Shown here: positions 1 through 13,954 of the stretch, in pieces
How the letters are laid out: every line of letters starts with the position of its first letter
How positions within the stretch are numbered: the first letter of the stretch is position 1
DNA from: Eledone cirrhosa
Taxonomy: Eukaryota
Assembly (NCBI GenBank): GCA_964016885.1
Contig: OZ024740.1
Coordinates: 354,764,001-354,828,000 of the forward strand
Direction of reading: 5' to 3'
Length of the DNA stretch: 64,000 nt
Program-made: the position numbers and the translations under genes
Notes under the pieces: model-generated
The model's database searches: none
Told to the model about the DNA's origin: nothing
Seen by the model: the letters and a program-made list of their open reading frames with translations, nothing else

Positions 1-321
1 TGGCCTTGTGCCAACATGCCAAAATTAGAAGTCATTTATCAGATATTCCCAACATAACTTAAAGTTCTTGCATAAAATTATGATGGAATGTTTCTGGATA
101 AATAATAACACTTTGAAATAAATAGCCTAGTATTGTAGAACCAGGGTTGTGGTATCAAAAGAGTTTTAAAAAGTGTGTTTGATTCAAGTTTTAAGACCTT
201 CTTTGATCCCCACCTTCTCTCCATCTGAACAGTTCCCTGCTCATTGATTATCTGTGTCATCCCTGTCTCTTCATTACAATAGCTTCTACTCTTCCCATCT
301 TTATCTACACCCACATCTCAC

Positions 322-468
322 CTGTCTTCCTCCCTCTCACCACTTCTAGTGTATCTTCTTTCCTCCTACCACTTCTAATAAGTCTTCCTCCCACCACACC
401 TAGTATATCTTTCTTCCTCCCACCACTCTTATTATGTCTTTATTCCTTTCATCACTTCTGGTCTGTCT
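322..468. repeat. Degenerate ~30-bp pyrimidine-rich minisatellite, about 5 units
   Basis: Recurrent tcttcctcc(c/t)accac(t/a)(t/c)cta motif. Confidence 0.6.
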
Positions 469-1321
469 TAGATATTTTTCACTTATTCAATAGGTACACC
501 TTCTCCATACATGTAAAGAGCATCTAAAAGGGTTGGTGTCAGGAAGGACATCCAACTATAAGATACTGCCTCAATAGAGCATCTTGATGAGTATAAAGTC
601 TCTTATGGAGTCTGCAAGGCTAAATCCTGCTTTAGCAGGGGACATTGTTTTAAAATGTTTGTTGCTGTTGTTATTTGTGTTAAAAAACAATAAGTGAACC
701 TTTGCCTGCATAGTTACTTGATCTGGTAGCGATGACTGCCAAATTTCCTTAGGCACATATGCTGGAAGAGGATGGAACCTGGTAAAAGCTTGACTGAGTA
801 ATCTACAGGATACCATCCTGGCCACATGTCCTCAAAAAGGACATTACAGTGAAGATCTCCCTCAAATGGTAGCCAAAGGTTTGAGGGAGGGGGCATATGA
901 AGCGAAGCAGATTCATCAAGACCGGGTTGATTTCTGTGGAGAAAGCTTTGTAAGACATGTGCCTGACCTGTGACAAGACTTGCTACTGAGCAGAAGGGAG
1001 ATCTCTCATTGCTCAATTCTCGATAGGGAGAAAAGGAGGTGGAGGAAAAGTCATTATTATTATTGGAATGTCTTTAATGATAGATTGACTGAGTTAGCGT
1101 AAGCCTCATCAACAGTTACCATTTTAAAACAGCTTTCTCTCACACATGCTTAAAACAAACACAAAATACTTATAAACACGAAAAACTGCAAGATCAAATG
1201 GCATGCTACACTGAATTGCTGATCTGGATTGCTAATCAATTCCAGGGAAGCAACTCTTTTCAACACTAACTGAATTCACATTATTTTCTCACTAATAGAA
1301 TCTTCAATTATATTATATATA

Positions 1322-1421
1322 CAGGGTGTCCCCCAAAATGTATACATATTCTGATTACCTGTACAGGCAATATTTATTAGAATGCTGTTGAAGTGTATAT
1401 ACATTTTTTTGGAACACCCTG
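1322..1421. mobile_element. Tc1/mariner-type MITE
   Basis: TA-cagggtgtcc...acaccctg-TA inverted ends. A second copy at 49293-49582 is interrupted by a SINE. Confidence 0.75.
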
Positions 1422-2481
1422 TATATATAAACAGATTGGGTAAGGTGTGCTAAAGATGAACAAATTATTATTGTATTCATCTAACAACCTACTTGTCATT
1501 GACCTCACTAAAGTGGCTTCTTACCTCTGGCATGGGATTTCTTATTGAGAACTTTGCAGAATAGAACCCACTTTTTATGTCATGGGCCCTTAACACCTGA
1601 TGAAGTCGTAGGGGCACTTTCATTACGTATGTCATGTCTGGAGCATTTTAACTTGATAGAACCCATCCCTCTCCAGATGTGGACACAGAAATAGAGAGAA
1701 GTAAGAAAGAGAGCTATAGAGGAAGAATCAATCCCAGTATTGAATGGTACTTTATTGACTTCGAAAGGATGAAAGGCAAAGTTGACTTTGATGGGATTTG
1801 AACTCAGAGCACAGAGAATCAGAACCATAAATTATTCTGACATTCTAACAACACTGCCATGTTGCCACCTTCTTATCATTGCACTCTTATTTTATGAGAG
1901 ACAGTTAATATGTTTGACTTTCAATTGCATATGCATCTAGTGTTACTCATCAATGCATGCTACAGTCTTTCATATAATGAAATCTTTTGATCCTGACCAT
2001 TGACATGACATTCTTGTATACATCAAGTATGAATCACCCTTGACTTAACTCTAGTTCTTCTGCTGATATCCCACATCCACCATGCTGCCACCCCATGGTG
2101 GGATTTTTTCGATATTGAGGTTTACTCCTCTAGTGATTAAGGTTTAGTCTGGTTCCTACCCTTCAACAATCTGGCATAGTTGAACTTACCAAGAGTTAAA
2201 CTACTGCTAGTGTAGCCCTCTGGATAAAAAAATACACAAGCCACTTCACCACATAAAAGTACTTAATCATATATGTACAAGCATATATACACATTATTCG
2301 ATGGCAATTGATCCTCATGAGTTCCTCTGCCCTTTGACAGGTTTGGATTTAACATTCATCAGGATGTCTAAAAATCACCATCCACGTCAAACAGGCATAG
2401 ATTAATAATTTATATGTTTAACATTCATATTTTGCTAATAACCATGTATTCATATGCCATGTAAGCAAAAGATAAATTTAA

Positions 2482-2688
2482 CCCTTTAGCATTTAAACCG
2501 GTCATATCCAGCCAGAATTCTCTCACCTCCTTCTGTTAAAACAGCCTGTAACTGACCACTTATACTGATGTTAAGGTATTGTTCTCAAAATAAATAATAT
2601 CAAAATCTCATAGATTTGATATTATGTGAGGTAAAGCTTCACCGTGAAAATATAATAGTAAATATAGAGTAATGTATATGATAAAGGG
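2482..2688. mobile_element. TTAA-flanked (piggyBac-type) MITE, family A
   Basis: TTAA-ccctttagcattt...taaaggg-TTAA. Other copies at 10543-10676, 45956-46173 and 52412-52618; partial copies at about 53710-53845 and 59325-59420. Confidence 0.8.
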
Positions 2689-2767
2689 TTAATGTTGTGA
2701 TCTATCTTTAATAGATTTATTACACTTGTCTTGCTATCGTTGATAATTTTGTTTCTTTTTCCTTTAG

Positions 2768-2853
2768 CGCATCCAGCACACACTGCCGAACAGTGCTTTC
2801 AAAAACTTGACCGGAACATCAGAGCAACCTTGAAAAGACGTCATTTTCCTCAA
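2768..2853 (+). CDS. R3HDM4: R3H domain-containing protein 4, internal coding exon (upstream exons not identified in window)
   Basis: Polypyrimidine tract and AG end at 2767; GTAAG donor at 2854. Translates xHPAHTAEQCFQKLDRNIRATLKRRHFPQ, resembling the R3HDM4 segment [22 protein letters not shown] as I recall it. Ends in phase 0, matching the next exon. Confidence 0.88.
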
Positions 2854-3057
2854 GTAAGCTAGCTTTATCAGCTTATTTCCATCACTAATACTCTTTTACT
2901 CTTTTTCTAGTTTCAGTCGTTGGACTGTGTCTATACTGAGGTATCACCTTAAAGGGATTTTAGTTGATCATATTGATCCCAGTGCTTGAATTATATTCAA
3001 ACCTGGTACTTTATTTATTGACCTTCTTGTTGAACCACACAGGCATACACACATGCG

Positions 3058-3094
<37 letters not shown>

Positions 3095-3526
3095 GAAATG
3101 ACAAAGGAACATTGCAAGTGGAAGGAGGCTGTGCTGCAAAGGAACCATCCAACCCATGCAAGCATAGGAAAGCAGATGTAAAATGATGGCGATAATGGTA
3201 GTGGTGGTGGCAGCGGCGAAATGGCAGTGATGATGATGATGACGACGATGATAATGACGACTTCAGCTTAGTGAACTATCATATATATATATCTCGATTT
3301 TACACAGACTGAATATGTTTCTAGTGAGATACTATCAATGTTTTGTCATGTTAACTGCTAAAATAATTTTAGCAGTGTAAAAATATTGAAAAAAAAAAGT
3401 GTTTGAAATGTTTTGTTTTGTTTCTTCTACCCATCTCTTTGTGTAATTTTCCAAAATGCCAAAGAAATTCCTGTTGGACTAGAAAAAATAAACAATAAAA
3501 TTATAACTTTCCTATTTCTGTTTTAG

Positions 3527-3730
<204 letters not shown>

Positions 3731-4364
3731 TAGGAAGACATTCTTGAAAAGTATAAAACAACACTATAACTGCATCACATTACAAATTAATGTCTTTACT
3801 CTAATATTGCTAATTTTCACAATGTCCACTATAAAAACCACTATAAAAACACTATAAACATTTAAATAAATAAACCAATTATTTAAGATATATTCTTCTA
3901 AATCATTACAAGATGCTAAGAGTTAATACCTAATATAATATAACTACTTGAAACAACCCATGTTTATATTTACCTAAAATTATTCCACCATAATTTCATG
4001 TAAGAATCTTTGTTAGGTTATGCTCCAAACACCATTTTAATAATGAGAAATTTAGTTATGTTACTAAATCCCTCCAGATTCTTGATTATTTTCAAAATTA
4101 TTTGAAAATGCTATATAGTATCTTTCAGTATAAATATGGCAACGAAGGGGTTTACAGAATAATTGTTTCTATTTTTGGCACAAGGCCAGCAATTACCCAG
4201 TGTATTACTGGTACTTTGTTTTATCGACCCCGTAAGGATGAAAGGCAAAGTTAACCTCGGCAGGATTTGAACTCAGAATAGCAAGGCCCGTAACAGGTTT
4301 ACAGAATAATGATCTAAAATCAAAATATTGGTTAAGGTACTCCACACAAGACTTTATTCTAAAC

Positions 4365-6656
4365 CACAGGTTCTCAACCCATTTAGGCCAAAAGCCCTCT
4401 TTTGTCCCTCGAAATCACGATACCCCCCCCCCCCCCCCCCAGCCTATTTTTCAATTTTTCAATATACTACTGATATTGATATCAGTAGATTACTAAAAAA
4501 TTGATTAACAATATTCCAAAGATACCATTGCCGGCAGCTGAGAGTATAAATACATTCCTTGAAAGGAAATATATAAATTTCAAAAAAAGGAACATAAATG
4601 TTTGTTCTTTTTTATGAATAAGGACCAGTTGAATTTGTTATATTCCCACCAGGCGATACCAGCTATTTTGAACATTTATACAAGAGCAACTCTGTCTATC
4701 CAAAGAGTGCGCTTATCTGGAAGAAAGTGGCAATTATATCATTTCAAAGCTTTCTAATTTTCCCTTTAATGAAACGGACAGAATAAATGTTGATATCTAA
4801 CTTGATGTCTCGTCTGCTTTGTGAGCTTAGAGACCACGGAAGAGGTTTCATGACCGCGCGGGAGGGTATATTTATTAGTAAATGGTAAAATATATACAAC
4901 AAATGAGTAAGTGAATTGTAGTAGATGGTTTCCAGTCCAGTCAGACTGCAACTACAAATAAAAAAAATTGTTAGTTTGCTTTGTAACAATATCATATCCA
5001 AGTTTTCGGATAAATCAACTTACTTTAACTTTGACCTCATTTCAATGGGACCCTTGAACTTTATGGAGTCTAGCTAACTCTTTGACGTCAGGCTGGATTT
5101 TCGTAAGATGTAGCCGGAGATCTCCACGTGTAATTACATTGTAGCGGTTGCGAGCCTGACTGTGCAGTCTGGAAACAGCACCAAACCTCCTCTTGACTAA
5201 GTATGAGCTTGGAAAAGGCAGAGCAAATCTTAGCCTTTGCATGTAGGTGTGGAAATCAATGCTGAATTTCCTCTTGCATCCAAAAAAGAGGTTCACCTAT
5301 TTTGGGAAATCTAATTTTGATCATGTCATCTGCTTGAAGTTCAATGAATTCTTCCTGAAATATAACGTCCAAATCATCGACGTTAGCTATGAAGGGATCT
5401 GCTACCCACATTGGGATGTCCATTGGTAAAAGGTCGACAAACCATTCTCTCATGTTATCTTGTAGCGCACGGAGGTGAGCGGTATAAATTTGGAGTTGGT
5501 CATCGCTTACAATGTTTTGAACATTGGCGACACTAGGAAAATTATAGAATTTCCGTCAACAAAGATTCCTTTCGATGACATTCAATTAGGCCAGGAATGT
5601 TTTCACAGCATTCCTTGCAAGGTAATCTTCTTCCCCTGCAAAGCCAAAATGATGCTATTGCATTTGACGAAGATGTCGGTGAGGTAGGCGCAGTTTTGCC
5701 TCACATCGAGGGTTTTCTTGTACAGTTCTGTGTTGCGTCCTCGCAGAAACTCAATGATAGAATCGAAGAGTTCAAAGAAGTGAGTAAAGCACTTGCCCTT
5801 TGAAAGCCACCTCACTTCAGTATGAAGGAGCAACTTGACGAATTCTTCGTCATTATCTTGGCACAGTTGCCGGAAAATTCGTTCATTGAGGGAATACCGT
5901 TTGATAAAATTGATGACATCAATGGCCATCTGCAAGGACTTGCTCAGCGGCTTGCTGAGTTTTTTCGCAGCCAAGTGTTGTCGATGAATGACACAATGAA
6001 CAACAAATACAGATAGATTTTCTCTCTTCAGAAGAGTGACGAAACCCTTATGTTGGCCGACCATTGCTCTTGCGTCGTCCATAGCATATGATACAATGTG
6101 TTTTGTATTTGGTCATAGATGTATGTATTACCTGCTTGTGTGTTGTAGGTAATCCTAGATGTATGTATTACCTGCTTATGTGTTGTATGTGGTCCTAGAT
6201 GTGTGTGCTACCCGCTTCTGTGTTTTTTTTCTTTTTTTATTTGTAATATTATTTATACAATAGGGAATAAAATAGATCTACATAGTGTAAACTCGTTACG
6301 GTTGAGTCAATAATTTCAGACATGAAATACATTGTTATCGGTGAAGGAAAGACAAGATTCTAACTGGCTGCGCTCAAAGTATCCTTGACCCAGTTGACTG
6401 TGGGTTTTTCCATTGTTAGGATCTCAATTGCTGGTTAATGTCTAGACACGCTTGCACACCTGCTCACAGCCTCGGTCAAACCATAATTATGCTGTCTGCA
6501 TGTTCATTCAAATGCATTTACACTGGCTGTCTCAAAGACATACAAATATGGCTTATAAAACTTACCAAAGTAAAGAGCCTTCCAGTGCCCCCCTAACGCC
6601 CCTTTGCTCCCAAACGCCCCCTGGAGTTCCGAAACGCCCCCCGTTGAGAACCTTTG
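4365..6656 (-). mobile_element. Internally deleted hAT (Buster/Charlie-type) DNA transposon in an R3HDM4 intron
   Basis: Perfect 8-bp TSD TTCTAAAC (4357-4364 and 6657-6664, central TA typical of Buster). 14-bp TIRs with 13/14 match (cacaggttctcaac / caaaggttctcaac). Contains transposase remnants. Confidence 0.92.
5042..6082 (-). pseudogene. hAT transposase C-terminal half, frameshifted (SCAND3/ZBED8-like)
   Basis: Motifs DDARAMVG, HCVIHRQHLA, LLLHTEVRWLSKG, FPSSYLV and RGDLRL..T.I.P are spread over several frames. The N-terminus is missing. Confidence 0.88.
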
Positions 6657-6834
6657 TTCTAAACCATTATTGTTCTTGCTTAGAATTGTCAATAATAAAT
6701 TATAAAGTAACATCTATTTGATCTATTTTAACTTACAGATTTTGTTACAATCCCTTTCTTGTTGTTTTAGCCTATTAATTCTCTGAGTTTGTATGTAAAT
6801 AAAACAGAAATCATGATAATATCTATGATTATGA

Positions 6835-7145
6835 TAATTAAAATTATTGTGTCAGGTGCACAACAATAGAATAATGTATAAATGTCAGGAAAATCAAGTG
6901 TCTAAGTCATGATATACACACAGACGCACACACATATGCGTGGTGTGTATGAAGGGGAATATCAAGTGTAGTGTTGGTGAATTTCGGAAAGCATGGAAGT
7001 TTTGAAGGATGCAGTGTCCCAACAGCTAACAACTGATGCAGGTAGTTTGTTCCTTGCTTCAGCAACTTTGAACATGAAAAGATGTTTCCAAAAGTCATGG
7101 GAGCTGTACTTTTCTGATTTTCTAAGCATGTCCACAGGTGTTGGA
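6835..7145 (-). mobile_element. CR1 LINE 3' fragment
   Basis: Similar to the 3' end of the CR1 at 46956-48180 (catgggagctg, caactgatgcaggtagtttgttcc). Confidence 0.8.
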
Positions 7146-7300
7146 CATATAAGTTTAAAAAAGGGAGTAGTGGATGTTGTGGGGGGAGGGGGAGCTGTTA
7201 GCTACTATATATTCTTTTAATAAAACCTTTCTATTTATATCTAATTGAAAGTAATTTGGTTTTTTTTTTTCTCGATATATTTTTATTATTTGAAACATAG

Positions 7301-7404
7301 GTTTTGAGGAAGAAGGCATCAAGAGAATTGAAGTGGAAAATTCCAAGGACTACTTTCAGCCTCCAAATGTCCTACTAAGCCAGTATATTCAAAAGAACCA
7401 GTGA
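7301..7404 (+). CDS. R3HDM4: R3HDM4 terminal coding exon
   Basis: AG acceptor ending 7300. Phase-1 join gives SFEEEGIKRIEVENSKDYFQPPNVLLSQYIQKNQ*, stop TGA 7402-7404. The F.PP..LLS.Y pattern fits the R3HDM4 C-terminus. Confidence 0.88.
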
Positions 7405-7877
7405 TTCTAGAAACCTCAACACCTTGGAAGATAAACAGCAGATGAAAAGAAACTCAGCTAGTTGCCTTTTTTTCTGTTTACCATCTTTCTACTCACCTTA
7501 TTTTTTTTTAATATGAGTCTTTATTTTTTTATTTGACCATTGCTTATTCTATGAAATAAGGAATATTTTATTACTTATTATTTTTAATCTCTATTAATTA
7601 ATTACCTTCAAATTTTTATCTAAAAAGTGTTGTGTGGCAGCTTTCAAAGTTTCAACCAACTTTTTAAAATGTTGTTGATTTATATTGTAAAATATTATGA
7701 CTATATATGCCAATTCTTAAACATTCAAAGTTTATTTCTTTTCTCTATTTGCTACACAAATCTCTTTCATTTTTATATCCTAATAAAAATCTTTAAACTT
7801 AACTTATGGAATCAACTAAATTTGTTGCTGTTGTTTAATCTTATTATTACTATTACTATTATTATTATTATTATTAG

Positions 7878-8070
7878 GGCGGTGAATTGGCAGAATCTTT
7901 ATTGCATCCACTTACGATCATTAACGTTCTGAGTTCAAATCCCACCAGGGCTAGCTTTGCCTTTCATCCTTTCGGGGTCGATAAAATAAAGTAACAGTAA
8001 CACACTGGGGTCGATTCAATTGACTTTCCCCTCCCCCTTCAAATTGCTGGCCTTGTGCCAAATGTAGAAA
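7878..8070 (+). mobile_element. tRNA-derived SINE with Nin/Deu-like core (most abundant family, more than 20 copies)
   Basis: B-box GAGTTCAAATCC followed by ctttgcctttcatcctt(t/a)cggggtcgataaaataaagtaccag. Other copies near 1730-1810(-), 4160-4290(-), 15517-15650, 20713-20812, 28763-29090(-), 32438-32627(-), 33405-33555, 37330-37540, 39770-39935, 40320-40510, 45175-45250(-), 46200-46340, 48570-48920, 49348-49525, 54160-54240(-), 57848-57945, 58708-58888, 59160-59310(-), 61505-61590(-). Confidence 0.85.
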
Positions 8071-10542
8071 TAATAATTATTATATTTATTTTATTTATTT
8101 ATTTATTCTTTGTGCGTGTCAGCTTAGTCAATGTTTTGGCATGATAAGCTACTTTTAGCTTCTTGAAAAATTAGCCTTGGTTTTATAAAAATGGTTCTGA
8201 AGAAACCTGCTCAGTAATTCTTGATCTCTGGCTTGTGTAAATATCTTGTTTGTTTGGGTTAAAACAAAAATAGTATTTGGTTGTGTTTTAAGAAAATTCT
8301 TGCTACCAGGTAACTCTTTCTCTGTATTTTACCACATATATCACAGTGATGTTGTTTCTCTGAAAAATATTATATATAAGAGATACAATTACCTACAAAC
8401 ACATTAATATTGTCTACAACTGCCATATATATATATACATTTGCTGTTGGTTTCTACTAACTTCCAAATAGATTACTTGTTTCAATCATATTCAATATCT
8501 AACATCCTCTTTAAACCATAAATAACATAATTCATTATATATAATATTAGTATTTAAAATAAAAAATAAATAATAACATATTAGTAGAAGATATCCATAC
8601 ATTTTTCTAAAATAAAAGTATATTTTATTTCATTTAAAATGGTATTGGAATATTTGCATTTCACATATATTCCACCTGTGAAAACTCATATTCAGTCCTT
8701 TTGTGAAAGCATATGGAAAACATATAAAATGTAAAATGTTGATGATGATATATATATTCTTTATTAAGTTTCATTACTCTGTACTTTCTCCTGTGTACTC
8801 ACAGACTGAGTATTCACTCTTACAACCATCATATCCTATCACTAGTGTTCAACTGTACTCATACCAATAACATTTAATTCTCATTTCTTCAGTTTACATA
8901 ACTGCAAATAGGTACAATGAGAAGGCATGAGTTTGCTGCTAGAAGCTCTACAATATATTAATGCATTGTACCTGCTTTAAGAAAAGCATGAACATCACAC
9001 AATCTCATTCCTGCCTTCATCTTCTAAAAATCTTGTTGGACTCAATCTTGCCTGTGCACCAATTCAAGAATTGGTAAAATAAGTACCAGTTATATATGGG
9101 GAGGGAGACTGTTCAATCAATCATACACTCTCCTTTTAAAAAATGGCTTTTGTACCTAGTAAAAAGACATGGGCATTTAAAAAAGGATAAGAATTATCAT
9201 GCTTAAATATTTTTCTTGTTAGCTTTTTATGTATTGCATATATTTATATATATGTATATAAGGAACTCAATGTTCAAAAAGACCATATATATATATAATA
9301 TATGTATCTTGGTATTATTTTTTCATCAAATTTTTTATTGTTGTTATTAAATTGTTAATTGTTGTCAAACTCTATTCTCTGTCATGTTTGTAAAGTATGA
9401 AAAAACAACTAATGTATGTGTTTTTCAGTAACTGTTTAATAATAAGGCTACAATTTAAATAGAATACATTGGAATTTTTAAATTTATCTTTTAACCTCCA
9501 ACCTCCCCTTTTTTTTTAATCATTTAATCCCTCAGCTACAATCAAATTTTAGCCTGCAGCTCGAAATCATTGGCAAAGACTTACTGATATAAAGTTTTCA
9601 AAAGTCTATGCTACTTATACATGTAGGAAGACACTACAAGAAGAAAAACAAACAAAAACAAAACAAAAGTGTACGAAGCTTATGGTGTTGAATAGCTTTC
9701 ACCATACTCTCTCAACCAGCGATTCCTTTGTTCTAACACCTGATTACTAACCAGGTGTTAGTTTCGTTTTATTAGTTCTAATTGCAGATAAGAATATAAC
9801 AGAAAAACCTCAATACTAACAGTATTGTTTATGATGATAGTGGTTACATTGACAAGGGAACTATTGTTTTCTGCTTTCTCTTCTTATATTGTCAACATAC
9901 CAATTACTTCTAGCATTGTATACTTTTAATAATACCAATTAAATTCAGTTGTAATGAATCAATACAAATATCAATTTAAGGAATGAATATTCAAAGGAAA
10001 AACACCTGATTGAATTTTTTTTTTTTTATGGTTGTCAAAAAGGTTTCTAAAGAAGAGTCCTGCCTAAATCATTAGAATTTTCTATATTTCACAACACACA
10101 AAGTTATTCTATTTCATGAGCTTATTTATTGAAGCACGTGGCCTAATAGTGAAGTTTGTGGGTTCGATTCTTGGCCCAAGCAGCATGCTTTGTTCTTAAA
10201 CAAAATGCTTTATTTCACATTGCTCCTTCTGTGTGAAGTGACAATTAGTATCAGCATTGGAAACATTGTTTCCTTGGTCCAGTATGATGATCAGCTCCTT
10301 TTTATTTATTGATCTGATGTGTTCCAATATAGAACAACATGGGTTTTATTTAGCTCTTTTTTGTCTTAATTGGTTTAGGTTTGCTAACATTGTAAGAGAT
10401 TAGAACTTTTAGCTTTAGAGAAAGTTAACTAGAATGTTCATTCTACTGGAATTGATAAAAGTAACTTACACCTGTTAGCTGGCATACTGATGAAAAATAT
10501 TAGAAATAATAGGGATATTGCTATCTTCCATGTTTTACTTAA

Positions 10543-10676
10543 CCCTTTAGCATTTACATTACTCTATATTTACTATTGTATTTTCATAGTAAAGGCTTTA
10601 CCTCACATAATATCAAATCTGAGATTTTGAAGTGAGAGAATTCTGGCTGAATACAGCTGGTTTAAATGCTAAAGGG
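10543..10676. mobile_element. TTAA MITE family A, shortened copy in opposite orientation
   Basis: TTAA 10539-10542 and 10677-10680; TIR ccctttagcattta. Confidence 0.8.
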
Positions 10677-12408
10677 TTAAAGTCAACAAAAGAATCCCAA
10701 AGCTGCTCCCATCCAGCTATAAAACACTATTATATTTTTTCAATCTTAATTTTAATCATATGAACTCATCACCAGAGTCATATATTTGCATCTTTGCATC
10801 ACCATTCCTACCCAAACAACCTACTTATTTTAATGAAACAGTGTGGAACTCATTGGATTTAAAAATTAATCAGAAACTTTACAGATATAAATTTATCTCC
10901 ACAGAACATGATACTATATTCTGATTTGGTTTATAGTCAAACTACTGAATCCCAAATAACAAGAAATAAAGACTATAATTTAATAACTTTTAAATTTCAG
11001 ATACCAACTTATTACAGATACATGCATAGTAAGCACAGTATATATAGTAGCAACCCTCAAATATACATCTTTGAATAAACATTCTGATATTTAAGTATGG
11101 TATGGCATATTATTTCACTTCTTTGTAATTCACCCCAGAGTGAACTCATACTTTCCTATATATATATATAAATCAGGAAAGAAGAGTGACACGGTTTGCT
11201 ATACAAAAAAGGTTTTTAATCTCATTGCTGACAATATATATATAATCTGATTATTGTTCATATTGTGCAGTTGATAAGCTACATTAAAGTATTTGTATTT
11301 TATGAAATATGTCTTCAGTGCCAACAAAAGAAATTCAGAGTAATGAATCATTTCAAAAACATTTTGTGCCTGTCTTTTTTTTTTTTAAATTACTTTCTGT
11401 AACAAATTAGTTATAGATAGCAGCATAATATTCATTCTTCATATTTTCCTGGTTGTGAATTGGAAAATGATATTCCATTTGTGGTAAATTTTGATGACTT
11501 TACAGTGTCTCTAGTAAAACTTACCTGTTCTAAATTCAAATAATACCAGAATCAGCTTTGACTCTAATGATCTGAGTTAGATTCAATTAACTGGAGCCTC
11601 TTTGGAAAACAAAACCTTGTACCTTGGTAAAAAAAAAAATCACCATCATTTATTTCATAGTTATTTTTGTAGTTTATTTCCCTAAATATTCTGATCTACT
11701 ATTTTCAGGAATCAATGGTTCTACAAAATATAGAATGAGATCATATGAAATAAAATTTCGAAAAAAAAATATTTTCAAAAATGAAAACATATGGATCAAA
11801 TGCTTCTTCCTATTTTGGCTGATGTTAAGTTAAAGAACCATAATGTTTTATCATTCTTTACTTTAACAAATTGCCTTGGCTAGAATTATTTCAAGATTAC
11901 TTCAAAGTGGATTATTAATCTTGAAATAAGACTACTGGAATTCTTTGAGTCTGCAGGAAAAAAAAAACAACAATGTTATTGATATTTTTGTTGTTGCTTT
12001 TTGTGTGTGTGTGTTTTTTATATATAAAATATGTATTTTCTCATCATTTGGTGTCCCAAAAGAGGAGGAGAAACTACTATCATAATATGTACTATTCTAC
12101 CTTTTTCCACCTTATCATCATCAGAATTGTGAAAAAGTGTTCTATCAATATGTATTCAATTCTATCTACCTCCTTAGTAGCTCAGAAATTTCATGCTTTA
12201 ATCCTCCAGCAGGATTAAGTGAATATAATTATGTAGCATAATTATTTGGTCATGACTCAAGTTTTTTTGTCATTCACACACACATGTACATACTCACTCA
12301 CACATGTACACACACACACACACAAACACAAACACACACCTATATATTAGAAACTTCCTTGAACATACTTATTTAGTTTTGCTATGACCAAATTAGATAG
12401 TTTTCTGT

Positions 12409-12443
<35 letters not shown>

Positions 12444-13699
12444 CCAGCATGGCCTCAGCCGGATGGCTGGAACAGGTAAAAGAGTATATATATAATTGAT
12501 AAATGTAATCATTGCTGTGTCTTAAAATAAAATGTCTATAAGTATTTGTGTAACTATTGAGTCTTGTTATTTTTTTCCTTTTCTTTTAATTCCAGTTATT
12601 TCTCAATAGCATTATATTTTCTACTTTTGAATGATATTTTGAATATAATGTATTCATTTAGAATTGTATAGAAATGATGCCAAAAAAGTGACAAACCTCT
12701 CTACTGTTGGTGACACTTCAGGTTGGGTGGGGGTGCTCATGCACAAAAATTAGAATACACCCCAGGACCCCCACACACACACAATTAGAATACACAGCAA
12801 ATCCCAAATTTTACATATCAATGTTGGCTTGGCACAAGTAATGGGAATTGAAAAGTTATACATACAGGTATTAAATTCCTCCTTTTACGTCCACTTTCCA
12901 CACTGTCATGTGTTGGATGGGTTGTCACAGTCTAAGACCAGACATATCAGAGCAAGCTTATCTTGCTCATACATTACATATTTGGCATGGTTTCTATAGC
13001 TGGATACCCTTCCTAACATAACCATTTTAGAATGTTTACTGCAGCGCATTGTTTTTGCGATAACAGAAAATACTTTTTATTAGAATATTGTTCTGATAAT
13101 CTGATGTCTCTAAAGTTGAGAAAATTTTATGAATTTTGCCACAGTAAAGATATTAAATATTTTTTGTTAAAAATATAATTTTTGCTGTCAAAGGGATAAA
13201 ACTAAAAAGCCCAGCAGAGTGCACAAATAAATTGCTGGCTAGGTGCCCCTCCAGTGGGGCCTGGGACAATTGCCCCTTTGCCATTCATTAAATCTAGCCT
13301 TGATTGGCTGTCTTGATGCTTGGGAAATAAACTGATATTTGTACTGTTCAGTTTTAAAGTTTAGTTTTGGGGGACAAACTTTGTTAAATATTTCATCAAA
13401 CATTCTATAATATAAAAGCAATCAATCAGGGTTTAGATGAAAATTGTGTTTAACTTTTAATAGAAATATAATGAAGATGGGGGTAAGCTAATAGCTTGTA
13501 GTAACTTAGAAGCTTGCTGCTAAGAAATGTGAATAAAACAGAAACTATAGTGATTCCAAAAATAATACATAAGCAATTCATGTAAGTTTATATAGTTACA
13601 TTAACCCTTTTAATACCAATCTGTCCCAAACCACCTCTGGTTCTATGAAACAAAACTACCCATTTTAAAGGGTCCTATATAAATTAGTTGCCTGCAGTG

Positions 13700-13950
13700 A
13701 AACTTATGAATTTTCAGTCAATGGAGAAAAGATAGAAGAGATTCAACATTTCAAATATCTTGGTAACGTTTAGACAACAGATAGCAATACTGAAGCTGAT
13801 ATAAACAAAGGATAGCTAAAGGTGCTGGAGTATTCAACCAACTCCAATCACTATGGCAATCAAAAAAGCTCACATCACAAACGAAATTGAGGTTATTCTG
13901 GTCAATTGTTATCTCAACAACAACCTATGTTGCTGACACATGGAAGAGTA
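13700..13950 (+). pseudogene. RTE-type reverse transcriptase remnant
   Basis: Translates NGEKIEEIQHFKYLGN...EADINK, with stops and frameshifts. Confidence 0.6.
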
Positions 13951-13954
13951 CTGC

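Larger units (their letters stand above)
7405..12550 (+). other. Probable long 3' UTR of R3HDM4
   Basis: AT-rich and poor in large repeats. AATAAA at 12526-12531 is followed by a GT/T-rich tract. Other AATAAA hexamers occur earlier (about 8566, 8610), so the end point is inferred. Confidence 0.4.

Noticed and set aside
571-1016. Possible upstream R3HDM4 exon or other gene
   Set aside because: No recognisable similarity or convincing splice pair; probably old repeat debris.
1597-1625. CTGATGA as a hammerhead core
   Set aside because: No GAAA after a stem II and no stem I/III. The same holds for CTGATGA at about 10487 and 41194.
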